From: Tolypothrix carrinoi HA7290-LM1
GTDB taxonomy: Bacteria > Cyanobacteriota > Cyanobacteriia > Cyanobacteriales > Nostocaceae
NCBI GenBank assembly: GCA_019358935.1
Contig: JAHHIK010000024.1
Location: forward strand, 15,955-79,954
DNA: 64,000 nt
Direction of reading: 5' to 3'
Below are positions 19,259 to 28,800 of this stretch, piece by piece (position 1 is the stretch's first letter; the number at the start of each line of letters is the position of its first letter). Position numbers and translations under genes: made by a program. The notes beneath the pieces were generated by a model. The model worked only from the letters and a program-made list of their open reading frames with translations. It made no database searches and had not been told where the DNA came from.

Positions 19259-22006
19259 ATGCTCTCGAGCCAAGAGTTTAATAACTGGTGTCATACTCAA
19301 CACCTCAGTCCAGCAGCGCAAGCAGTAATCTCAGAGATTCGCAGCACCAACCCATCTCGTCGAGTAACAGGGGGTAGGAAAAATGTTTGTGGCTCTTACC
19401 CCAGTAGAAAAATGGGAGTAACAATCCAATTCGAGAGCCACCGTAACGAATTAGCACGTATTTACGAACTAGAAAACGACCCCGAAGTACTCGAATATTA
19501 CGACCAACCAAAGCCCATCGAGCTAGTTTACTCTTCAAAAAGTGGGCGTAAAAATAGACATCAATATACACCCGACTTCTTTATTATTCGGACCGATTGC
19601 GCTCTTTGGTGCGAATGCAAAACAGAACAAGAACTAAACAAATTAACTAACATTAGTCCAAATCGATATTGCTTCCAGTCAGATGACAAATGGCATTGTC
19701 CCCCAGGAGAAAACTATGCTCGTCTTTATGGTTTCGACTTCCAAGTATGGTCAGATGCTCAAATTAACTGGAACTTTCAACAAAACTTAATTTGGCTAGA
19801 AGATTACTTCGGTTACTCGTCAGGAATCATAAAAGAAACTGAAAAGTTTTTGATTGTAGACATTGTTAAAAATCATCCAGGGATAAGCCTTGCAAAGCTT
19901 TTAACAAATAAAGATATCAATCCCGATAGCGTTTATTGGTTAATTGCTTTTAATGAAGTTTACGTAGAACTTAATAAAGTAAAACTCTCGCAAGCTGAGA
20001 CAGTACTCATATTTATTAACCAAGATGTTGCTTTATCTTATGAGTATCTAAACAAGAGTGAATCACATCAAAAAACCAGTAATCAAACAGGATTGCAAAT
20101 AGCTGTGGGTACTTGTATTTCCTGGGATGGAGAATCTTGGGAGATAGTAAATACAGGAACTGCAACTACTGGATTATTACGTGCAGATGGCAAGCTTATA
20201 GAGCTACCAAATACAGCATTTACAACGTTAATTGATAATTGTAAAATAGCTGGAGTCGGTACAACAGAAAGCGAAAATATTAAAGCAGCATCAACCGGAA
20301 TTCTACAACAGGCAACTTGTCTTGACATTATAGAAGCCAACCGTCGCTACAGTTTAATACAACCATACTTAGTGGATAATCCTCCAATATACCCAAGCAG
20401 TACAATCCGTCGTTGGCGCAGTCAGTACCAAAAAGCTTTATACATCTACGGAAATGGATATATAGGATTACTGCCTAATCACAATAGTAAAGGCAACCGT
20501 ACAGCAAAAATTGATGATAAAACCAAAGAATTTATGCTCGAATTTATACTAAAGCATTATGAAACACCCAAACAACGAAGAAAATTACGGGTTTATGAGT
20601 CATTTGTTTTAGCTTGTCAAAACCACGAACCGCCATTAAAACCTCCATCCCGAATTACATTTTGCGCTTATATCAAAACTAGAAGCGGACATCATCAAAC
20701 TAGAAAGCGTCTTGGTAATCGGGCAGCTATTCCAGAAGAGCCATTTTACTGGGAATTAGAGCAAACTACGGAAAGACATGGCAGTCGTCCCTTTGAGATT
20801 GTCCACATTGACCATACTCAACTTGATATTGAATTAGTCAGTTCCCTCGAATCTCTAACTAGTTGTCATATTGCCACAAACAAGGATTTTCATCAAAATT
20901 TAGGTCGTCCTTGGGCAACCTTTATGGTTGATGCATATAGCCGGAAAATTTTAGCCGTTTACCTCACTTTTGATGAGCCAAGTTATCGAACTTGTATGAT
21001 GGTAATCCGCATAGTAGTGCAGCGATTTGGTCGATTTCCTCAAAATATAGTTGTAGATAACGGTGCAGAGTTTCACAGTCACTATTTTGAACAATTATTA
21101 GCATATTACACTTGCACTCTCAAATATCGACCACCAGCACATGCCAGGTTTGGTTCAATTGTTGAAAGATTATTTGGGACAGCCAATACGCAGTTTATTC
21201 ATGAGTTACAAGGTAATACCCAAATTAAACGTCTTAACCGCCAAGTTACCTTATCAGTTAGTCCAGAACGATTAGCAATTTGGACATTAGAAGAACTATA
21301 TTTAGCTATATGCGAATGGGCATATTCAGTTTATGACCAAAGATTGCATCCCACATTAGGTAAAAGCCCTCGCGATGCTTTTGTCTACGGACTTACCATT
21401 GGCGGAAGTCGTTTACATCGACGAGTCGAATATGACGAATTATTTAACATCTTAACTCTACCTGCACCCGATGGGGGACAACGGAAAGTTCAACCCGGAA
21501 AAGGGGTAAAAATCCATAATATTTATTACTGGGCAGACATATTCCGCGACCCAGAAATTGAGAAATCAATGGTCTGGGTTCGGTATGACCCTTGGGATGC
21601 AGGAGTTGCCTATGCTTTAGCAGGAAAACAATGGGTAAAATGCATTTCTTCTTACTATCAATATTTCCAAGGACGTTCAGAAAAAGAAATTCGACTCATT
21701 AGCGCAGAACTTAATCAGCACAAACGTAATTATGAGAGAAACCGGACAATAACGGATAAAGAATTAGTGAATTTTTTAAATTATCAACAAGCATCTGAAG
21801 GGCTTTTTCTTAAACAACGCTTGCATGATGCCGAACATTACAAAATTCACAAAATTATTCAAAATCGTTCTGACGAACCACAGAAACTATATCCTACTTC
21901 TTCGGAAAAATCAAATGATATTGAGTTACAAGAATCTAATGAGACTGAGACAAATTGCCATTTCAACTCCGACACAGAAACCTTTGAATATTATGGAGAG
22001 TTTTAA
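19259..22006 (+). CDS. tnsAB: Fused TnsA endonuclease-TnsB DDE transposase
   Basis: N-terminal TnsA motifs (QFESHRNE, YYDQP, YTPDF, CECK); DDE core HIDHT, VVDNGAEF, VERLFG; Mu-like C-terminus (VRYDPWD). Confidence 0.92.
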   Translation: MLSSQEFNNWCHTQHLSPAAQAVISEIRSTNPSRRVTGGRKNVCGSYPSRKMGVTIQFESHRNELARIYELENDPEVLEYYDQPKPIELVYSSKSGRKNRHQYTPDFFIIRTDCALWCECKTEQELNKLTNISPNRYCFQSDDKWHCPPGENYARLYGFDFQVWSDAQINWNFQQNLIWLEDYFGYSSGIIKETEKFLIVDIVKNHPGISLAKLLTNKDINPDSVYWLIAFNEVYVELNKVKLSQAETVLIFINQDVALSYEYLNKSESHQKTSNQTGLQIAVGTCISWDGESWEIVNTGTATTGLLRADGKLIELPNTAFTTLIDNCKIAGVGTTESENIKAASTGILQQATCLDIIEANRRYSLIQPYLVDNPPIYPSSTIRRWRSQYQKALYIYGNGYIGLLPNHNSKGNRTAKIDDKTKEFMLEFILKHYETPKQRRKLRVYESFVLACQNHEPPLKPPSRITFCAYIKTRSGHHQTRKRLGNRAAIPEEPFYWELEQTTERHGSRPFEIVHIDHTQLDIELVSSLESLTSCHIATNKDFHQNLGRPWATFMVDAYSRKILAVYLTFDEPSYRTCMMVIRIVVQRFGRFPQNIVVDNGAEFHSHYFEQLLAYYTCTLKYRPPAHARFGSIVERLFGTANTQFIHELQGNTQIKRLNRQVTLSVSPERLAIWTLEELYLAICEWAYSVYDQRLHPTLGKSPRDAFVYGLTIGGSRLHRRVEYDELFNILTLPAPDGGQRKVQPGKGVKIHNIYYWADIFRDPEIEKSMVWVRYDPWDAGVAYALAGKQWVKCISSYYQYFQGRSEKEIRLISAELNQHKRNYERNRTITDKELVNFLNYQQASEGLFLKQRLHDAEHYKIHKIIQNRSDEPQKLYPTSSEKSNDIELQESNETETNCHFNSDTETFEYYGEF

Positions 22007-23115
22007 TGTCAACCGAAAAAAGCTTTCCTCGTGATTTACTCCAGCGACCCCAACACGATAGAGTTGCTTATTTCCAGCAATATACAATGGCACATCCGAA
22101 ATTACTACTAGCTTTTGAGAAACTAACACATGCAATTGATGACCCGGCTTCTGTTGCTTTAATCTTTTTATTTGGTCCAACTGGTGTTGGTAAAACAACT
22201 TTACTGCGTCGCATGACGACTAAGTTGCTAACTTCAAATATTGAAAAAATGGAACAGGATAAAGGCTTTATTCCTATTGCTGGGATTGAAGCTGCTACCC
22301 CTGAATTTAGTAACTTTAATTGGAAGGATTTTTACTTACGTGCTTTAACTGTTCTCCAAGACCCATGCCTGGAATTACCAGGTTACGGTCAAGTTACTAA
22401 TTCAAAGTTGAAAACTTCGCTGGAAACTGCACTTAAATATCGTCAACTTCAAGTTTTTTGCATTGATGAAACACAAAATCTAAGTAAAGTTGCCAGCGGA
22501 CGTAAATTACGCGACCAAACTGATTGTATCAAATCGCTGGCTAACTTGACGGCTGTTAAGTTTGTACTGGCGGGTACTTATGATTTATTAATACTCCGAA
22601 ATTTGAGTGCCCAACTGTGCCGACGTAGCCTGGATATCCATCTGGAACGCTACAAAGCCGAAAATCCGGAGGATTTAAAAGCTTTCAGAGGTATTGTCCA
22701 AACCTTTCAACGCCATTTACCTCTTGAAGTTGAGCCGGATTTACTTAAACACTGGGATTTTTGCTACGAGCGCAGTTTTGGTTGTGTGGGTATTCTAAAA
22801 GATTGGCTATGCCGTGCGTTTTTTTGTGCATCTTCTCAAGGAGCTAAAACTCTGACTATTAAACACTTGCAGTTGTCTGCTTACTCTACTGAACAATGCA
22901 TGATTATAGTCACTGAAACTAAACATGGAGAAAAGCAGCTTGAGTTAATAGAGGATAGTTCTGCTTTAAGAATTGCTTTAAGCTTAGAACATAATAATGA
23001 TGCTTATGCTTCAGCTACTCATATTGCTACAGCTCCAAAAAAATCCCGTCGTGACAAAGTAGGCGATACTAAACCTCAGCGTCGTCCAGTTGGAGGAGGT
23101 CAAAATGCCAGTTGA
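22006..23115 (+). CDS. tnsC: TnsC AAA+ ATPase
   Basis: GPTGVGKT, CIDETQ, AQLCRR; coupled to tnsAB by a TAATG overlap. Confidence 0.92.
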   Translation: MSTEKSFPRDLLQRPQHDRVAYFQQYTMAHPKLLLAFEKLTHAIDDPASVALIFLFGPTGVGKTTLLRRMTTKLLTSNIEKMEQDKGFIPIAGIEAATPEFSNFNWKDFYLRALTVLQDPCLELPGYGQVTNSKLKTSLETALKYRQLQVFCIDETQNLSKVASGRKLRDQTDCIKSLANLTAVKFVLAGTYDLLILRNLSAQLCRRSLDIHLERYKAENPEDLKAFRGIVQTFQRHLPLEVEPDLLKHWDFCYERSFGCVGILKDWLCRAFFCASSQGAKTLTIKHLQLSAYSTEQCMIIVTETKHGEKQLELIEDSSALRIALSLEHNNDAYASATHIATAPKKSRRDKVGDTKPQRRPVGGGQNAS

Positions 23116-23995
23116 ATATTTGACTAACTATGAGTCTTGGGATTTTGACACAAATGAACTTCCTCTTCGTAGTCCTCTTTACTCTCTTCTTCCTATCGGT
23201 ATTGGTACACCCGCAGTTGAAAGTTTTACCAGTTACCTGACTCGCTTGGCGGCGGCTCATGGTGTTTCTGTTACTACTTTGATTCGCTATAAAATTGCAC
23301 CATTATTTATCGAGAGCAGTATTGCAACAGATTTACTATCCGCCTATATTATCAGAATACTTATGGATGCTTCGCCCAAAAAGCCTACAACGCTCTTGAT
23401 TCAAACTGCTGGATTTTGGTTAGACCTAACTCAAAATGCTTCTAAGCTCGTCTGTGCTGTTAAAACATTGACTGGTAGGCAGGATATTCATTATACGTCG
23501 CTACTGTCAATGCAAGGGTGGCGGCTAAAGTTTAACAATATTTTTCATTTCTCACAACGCTGGTGTCCTAGCTGCTATTCTGACTGGCGCCACGGCGGAA
23601 AGCCTATCTATCAACCTTTGTTATGGGCTTTGGAACCTGTAACTGTTTGCCCCCATCACCAACGTTACCTACAGTTGCGATGCTTTGATTGCAATGGTTT
23701 ACAGCCATTTCTCGTTTTGGACAAAATTCAAGTTGGTTGTTGTTGTATATGTGGTGCATGGCTAGGACAAATTTTAGAGTCGGAGGCTAATTTCAAGTTG
23801 CCCGACCTTGTTTGGGACTTGTGGTTTGCTCAAGTTCTGGGAAAACTCCTGGCTGCGACACCAGAACTTGTTACAAATCCGACTAGAAAGGAAACTCGGT
23901 TTAGAGAGCGCCCAATATTTCATAGTCTAAATTGGTTTTTAAGGCAGTGTTATCAGATAGGAATCAATCCTGTTGAATATTTGAGTAATTTTTAA
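23105..23995 (+). CDS. tniQ: TniQ-family protein (short, 296 aa)
   Basis: ESFTSYLTRLAAAH, WCPSCY, CPHH, CFDC, CCICG zinc motifs; no long TnsD-type C-terminal region. Confidence 0.9.
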   Translation: MPVEYLTNYESWDFDTNELPLRSPLYSLLPIGIGTPAVESFTSYLTRLAAAHGVSVTTLIRYKIAPLFIESSIATDLLSAYIIRILMDASPKKPTTLLIQTAGFWLDLTQNASKLVCAVKTLTGRQDIHYTSLLSMQGWRLKFNNIFHFSQRWCPSCYSDWRHGGKPIYQPLLWALEPVTVCPHHQRYLQLRCFDCNGLQPFLVLDKIQVGCCCICGAWLGQILESEANFKLPDLVWDLWFAQVLGKLLAATPELVTNPTRKETRFRERPIFHSLNWFLRQCYQIGINPVEYLSNF

Positions 23996-24081
23996 ATGAA
24001 ACTTGGGTGTATTTGAGTTCAACTCGCTTCGGCCTGAAGTCAGGGCGCAACATCCGTAGCGCTATACTTTTCTCCTCCTTC

Positions 24082-24162
24082 TTTGTAAGTATAAGGCTAG
24101 TTTATTCAAGCAGAAAGCATAAAGTAAGCAACAAGCATCTCTTAAGATGCTTACAGTTAACA
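24082..24162. repeat. Degenerate (relic) transposon end inside the element
   Basis: TTTGTAAGTATAAG..GAAAGCATAAAGTAAGCAA..CTTACAGTTAACA aligns with the live distal end TTTGTAAGCATAAG..GAAAGCATAAAGTGAGCAA..CTTACAGTGACA (24978-25053). Confidence 0.75.
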
Positions 24163-24206
24163 AATGGTTAAAAGTATCAGTAAGCTATGCCCCGAACGCC
24201 CTAAAA

Positions 24207-24240
24207 TATCTATACGAGTGTATCTCCATCAGTGTAGATA
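24207..24240. promoter_or_regulatory. Palindromic operator overlapping the cargo gene start
   Basis: TATCTATAC-N16-GTGTAGATA, ending on the A of the ATG. Confidence 0.65.
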
Positions 24241-24827
24241 TGGTGAAAATAGAGCGCGAGTCTATCAACTTCAAATTGCCAAAATCGTTATGTGACGGAC
24301 TCAGAGCCGCTGCGGAACAACGCAACACTACCGCCACTGATTTGGTAATTCAAGGGTTGCACCATATTTTGGGGGATGTACCTGGTGTGGAGGCTAGTGT
24401 CGAAGTTCGTTTAGACCAACTTGAAGAAGAATTTTGGCTTCTCAAACAAAACATTAATCTAACCTGCACCAACCCCGATCAAGAAAGTAGGTTAACTGCA
24501 TTGGAGAATAAACTCGAAGCTATGAGTACTCGACTCGCTCAGTTTGAAGGGGCGATAACGCAACTCCAATATAGCGTCAATTCATCAAAATCCCGCAAAT
24601 CGGGACACCCCTATCAATTTAGTTCCCAACCGCCACAACTCCAACCCCTTGATGAGAATAAACTAGCTTTCAGACTTAATACTACTGTAGCAACATTAAC
24701 TGAAAAACGTACAACCCTCAGTCCCAAAGAGTTTGAATCTTGGACAAGAGACAAAGACAGTATTAGACGTGGATGGCAGTTCAACGATAAAGATGGTCTG
24801 TACCATGAAGTAAGCGCTTTCTTTTAG
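24240..24827 (+). CDS. Transposon cargo: RHH/CopG-like DNA-binding protein with coiled coil; paralog of 25130-25705
   Basis: MVKIERESINFKLPKSLCDGLRAAAEQRNTTATDLVIQGLHHILG (strand-helix-helix pattern); start placed by alignment with the paralog. Confidence 0.8.
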   Translation: MVKIERESINFKLPKSLCDGLRAAAEQRNTTATDLVIQGLHHILGDVPGVEASVEVRLDQLEEEFWLLKQNINLTCTNPDQESRLTALENKLEAMSTRLAQFEGAITQLQYSVNSSKSRKSGHPYQFSSQPPQLQPLDENKLAFRLNTTVATLTEKRTTLSPKEFESWTRDKDSIRRGWQFNDKDGLYHEVSAFF

Positions 24828-24977
24828 GAGTGAATGAGAATTGCTGGTGGTGACATACCCTCTCTGTTGCACCCAACATCTATTACATTACCCGAAGCGC
24901 TTCAGCAACACTGTAAAAAATGCATCCAATACCGAGCGAGTTCAAGAATTATCTATTGAGCGATTGGAAGCATTAGG

Positions 24978-25053
24978 TTTGTAAGCATAAGTTGAGCAAG
25001 TCTCTTTGAAAGCATAAAGTGAGCAACTTGCTCAACTTATCCTTACAGTGACA
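24978..25053. repeat. Distal transposon end with TnsB-binding repeats
   Basis: ATAAGTTGAGCAA at 24987, ATAAAGTGAGCAA at 25014, inverted TTGCTCAACTTAT at 25028, terminal ACA at 25053. Confidence 0.9.
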
Positions 25054-25096
25054 ACATATTTTGAACTAAATATTAATACTCATCCTCGTTGTAAAC

Positions 25097-25130
25097 TATC
25101 TACACGAGCGTATATAACTGGGTGTAGATA
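25097..25130. promoter_or_regulatory. Palindromic operator of the plasmid RHH gene; candidate Tn7-like attachment determinant
   Basis: TATCTACAC-N16-GTGTAGATA, a perfect 9-bp inverted repeat ending on the A of the ATG. Confidence 0.7.
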
Positions 25131-25705
25131 TGGTACGAATCGAACGGGAATCCATCAACTTCAAACTCCCCAAACCCTTAGCTGACGCACTTCGAGCCAA
25201 AGCTGCCGAGCTAGACACCACCGCTACCAATTTAGTCATCGAGGGGCTGCATCACATCCTGGGAGAGATTCCGGGTATAGAAGATAGTGTAGAAAATCGT
25301 CTACAACAACTCGAAGCTCAATTAAACCACCTCGCTAATAGTACAGATAAGCGTGTAGACACTGATGTAGACAACAGACTTAGTTTGTTAGAGCAGAAAC
25401 TAGAAGCACAAGCATTACAGTTGGCAAAAATTGAAGGAGTTATAACAACCCTTAGTCAACAGCGTTCGCATACAGGTGGTGGCTACAGAAGGCAAGCTTT
25501 TAATTATCATCCCCCACAACTAGAACTTCAGCCTTACACGGGGGAAAATTTAGCTAAAAGATTGGGAGTTGATATCGCAACCCTAACAAGAGAGCGAGAA
25601 AACAACACCCAGGCTGAGTTTGAATCGTGGTGTCGTCGCAAAGACCCAAGTCCGGTGGGGTGGCGTTTTAACTCAAATTCGGGACTTTATCATCCCGTAA
25701 AGTAA
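25130..25705 (+). CDS. Plasmid RHH/CopG-like DNA-binding protein with coiled coil
   Basis: MVRIERESINFKLPKPLADALRAKAAELDTTATNLVIEGLHHILG; C-terminal LAKRLGV..W.RRKDP..GW.F motif shared with the cargo copy. Confidence 0.8.
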   Translation: MVRIERESINFKLPKPLADALRAKAAELDTTATNLVIEGLHHILGEIPGIEDSVENRLQQLEAQLNHLANSTDKRVDTDVDNRLSLLEQKLEAQALQLAKIEGVITTLSQQRSHTGGGYRRQAFNYHPPQLELQPYTGENLAKRLGVDIATLTRERENNTQAEFESWCRRKDPSPVGWRFNSNSGLYHPVK

Positions 25706-25868
25706 ATGGTGATGGGTTCTGTGTAAGCGTTGCGCTCTTGCGGCAGCGCAAATCGCTTTATAAAGGCTCATGTCGGAGCAATAATACTTATAACTTAGGT
25801 TTCTACCACAAGCTTACTCTCTTACACGATCGCTTAAACTTGCGTGTCATTCACCTTGACACCTATAC

Positions 25869-28800
25869 CTACGCTAATTCCATCTCTTTCCTTTTGCCTG
25901 ATCCCCTGGAATTTGCTTCTAAGACAGGAGATTGTAGTTGGGCTGATTTTGATGTCAGAATAATCATCTCTTGCAATTGCAGTGCCCCTGCATCTGAGAG
26001 GAGTAGGACTTCTTCTCCGGTATGAATATTGCCTTTGCAGATAGTTCGCTTGGATTCCGAACGCACAAAGAAATCACCATTGGGTTGCACGTAAGCAGTC
26101 CAACTGTTGCCAATTTTGAACTGTTTAGTTTCAGTATTATCAGGCTCTCTTTCTTGCCTGCGTTTGTACGTATTACTGACGGCTTCAAAGAGCAAATCTT
26201 GCATTTCTTTGCGCCAGTCTGAGCTAATGTTAGTCTGCGTGGTACTGTCTGTCTGGGTTTCGCTTTGGGCGTCTGGCAAGCGAATAGAATTAGGGTCAAT
26301 ATTGAGTACAACGGTAGCACCCAACGGTGACAATGAAGCTTGGAATGTAGTGCCGATAGGTAGTTTAGGGGTATCAGGGGCGAAGGTTCCCAGATTTTTA
26401 CCATCAATTTGAATAATGGGGATGCCATTGTAGCGGTAGAATTCTGGGTGCGATTCAGTCAGCTCAAAAGTGCCGACTTCTAGAGTGACTTTCTGCTTTT
26501 TCCATTTTTTATTAGCAAAGTCTTCATTCTTCAAGTCGTTGTATTTTATGCCTAGCACTTTGATTTCATCAAATTGAAACTGTTGTAGTTGATCTACAAT
26601 TTCCTCCATGAATAAGTGGTAGGCGATCGCTCCTTTTCCCGGTTCAGTTCTCGATTCCACCCAGGCGCAATCAGCAGGTGGGACAATCATTACATTGTCC
26701 GGCATTTGAAGAGTGTCAATGTCGTTGTAGTTGTTGCCGTATTTAGCTTCTAGCTTTTCGATTTGTAATGGTGACAAGCTTTTTAAGGCAAACTCAACTA
26801 GCGGTAATCCTGGGTGAACTGTTGCCTCATATTCGATGCTTTTTTGGTCGAGGGATTCTTTCCATTCTTGAACTTTCTTTCCAAATGGAACTTGCAGGAC
26901 ATAGATATCTCGCGGGAGTGCCTCATGGAGTAACTCGTAGTCTGGTTCAAGGGAAAATGTCATTTTGAGCGTTTTGGCAATCTTTAGACATTCCTCTTTG
27001 TGGCTATCGATGTCAAGTTTGGTATGTTGCGTATGCCAAGTAGCAGCAGCGGCGCGAAAACGTTCTTCTTTTGTGGGGAATAACTCATCGATTTCGGCAC
27101 GGTAGCTATCGTAGAGTTTCCCTAACTCTTCATTGAAAACGTCTTTGTCGTCTCCAATTCGTTGGGCGATCGCCGCAATATCTTGTTTAGATCGTTTTTT
27201 GAGTTCTTCAGCCCATTCGAGTTCATCTACGCCGAATGTCTCTTTCGGAAACAGATACCGAAATTCGTGGCGTTCTCGGTGTCGAATACGTGTCGCTTCC
27301 CAGTGGGGATTTACCGCTTCTCTTGGGATTACATTAATCGGGTTCGGTTCCTCAGCAGGCATAGGAAAAGTTTTGTAAAGTCGGTTGTCTTTTTTGAAGT
27401 CGAAGAAGTAACTTGGATGAGCTTCCGACCATTTTTTCGAGTCTGGTAGCAAGTTTTCCCCGTCGATTTCCTTGATATCCTCCAACCGTTCTGCACTTTT
27501 TTGGTAATCAACTTCAGGCTGTAATGCTATGAACAGGCGATTTAGCAATCTTGTTTTCTTGCGCTCAAACAGTCGGGGGTTTTCATCTTCATTCGGGACT
27601 GATGATTGGACTCTTCCAATTGTTGTGGCGACTAAACCAATTTTATTCTGGGAACTGGCTGCGGCTATGCTTGACAAAGTTCTATATTTTTGCTTACCCT
27701 GAGCATCTTTGACTGCGGTGTAGGGAACTTTAGGGCGTTGTTTAACTTCAGCATAGCGCCTGGGTTCTCCGGCGCGTAGAGTTTCAGCAGCAATCTGGGG
27801 TAGCATTTTAGATGGAGCAACTACCATTTGGTCGCCGTCAAAGTCAGCTTGGTGGTATTCTTCAGCGTCTTTTGGCTGCATGAAGACAACACCTTTGTAT
27901 TTCATTAGTTCTAGTTTGTGAACATTTGTATAACGTCTGATGTTATCGCTGGAGACAATTGGAAAGCGAGTGGTGATAATATCGCCTTCGCTTAGGTGAG
28001 GTACGCAGATTGTTCCTCTTTCCAAGTCTGTACATGGCATAGCCATCCCAGAACTAAATTTGAAAGCTCCCTTGATTGCCAAGTCACACCAGCGATTGGC
28101 AACGTATTGTCGCATAGCATCAGCAACAAAGGGGCTGTCGATCAAAAGACCAAATTTATCGTTGCGTAGCAGAGTAACGAGCCGTAATTCTTGTTGTTCT
28201 TGATTTTTGTCAGTATTTTCACGTTCTAATGAGTCATCAACTGAGAGTGCAGCATATTCCCTGGCACGCTGTTGTTTCTTGTCGTACTCTTCAACAATGT
28301 GTTTAGCTAAAGCGAGGGGGTTGCGTTGGAGCTTGGCTAGTTTTTCGGCTTCTTTTCGAGTTGGTTCTACGAAGTCTTTCTTGAGAGCCTCTTCGCTATA
28401 CCAAATGCTAAATTGCCAGCTGTTGTCATAGTCGATTACTTTAGCATTACCCCGGTTGCCCAAAGCACTTCTGGGTAACTCATATTCGCCGCAAGGGATT
28501 AAATCAAGTAAAAGAGTTTTCTTAATCCCTTTAATTGAGGAGCGATCCATAACAATATCAAACCCCTCTGCTTCTAAAGTGGCATTGGGTAGTAAAGTGC
28601 CTTTAGCCAAGAAACTAGTTAAGGATTGCTCCGGATTATCTGCCCAGTTTTCTAGCCAAGCAAAGCGAAATTGGAAGGGTCGGTTAGCTAAACCTCCCAT
28701 GAGTTTAACAAGGCTAGGTGATACTTGTCCATGACAGTCTCCGGTTTTATATTTTTCGGCTTCAGCTTTCTCTTTGGGGTCTTTGCTGTTATAGTCCACA

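Larger units (their letters stand above)
19006..25053 (+). mobile_element. Complete Tn7-like transposon (tnsAB-tnsC-tniQ plus one cargo gene), 6,048 bp
   Basis: Perfect 26-bp terminal IR TGTCACTGTAAGGATAAGTTGAGCAA (19006-19031; inverse at 25028-25053) and 5-bp TSD ACATA (19001-19005, 25054-25058). Confidence 0.95.

Noticed and set aside
24147..24239. N-terminal extension of the cargo ORF in the ORF track
   Set aside because: It overlaps the relic end and operator; paralog alignment puts the start at 24240.
19006..25053. CRISPR-associated transposon (CAST)
   Set aside because: No cas genes and no repeat-spacer array in or near the element; the short repeats are TnsB sites at the ends.
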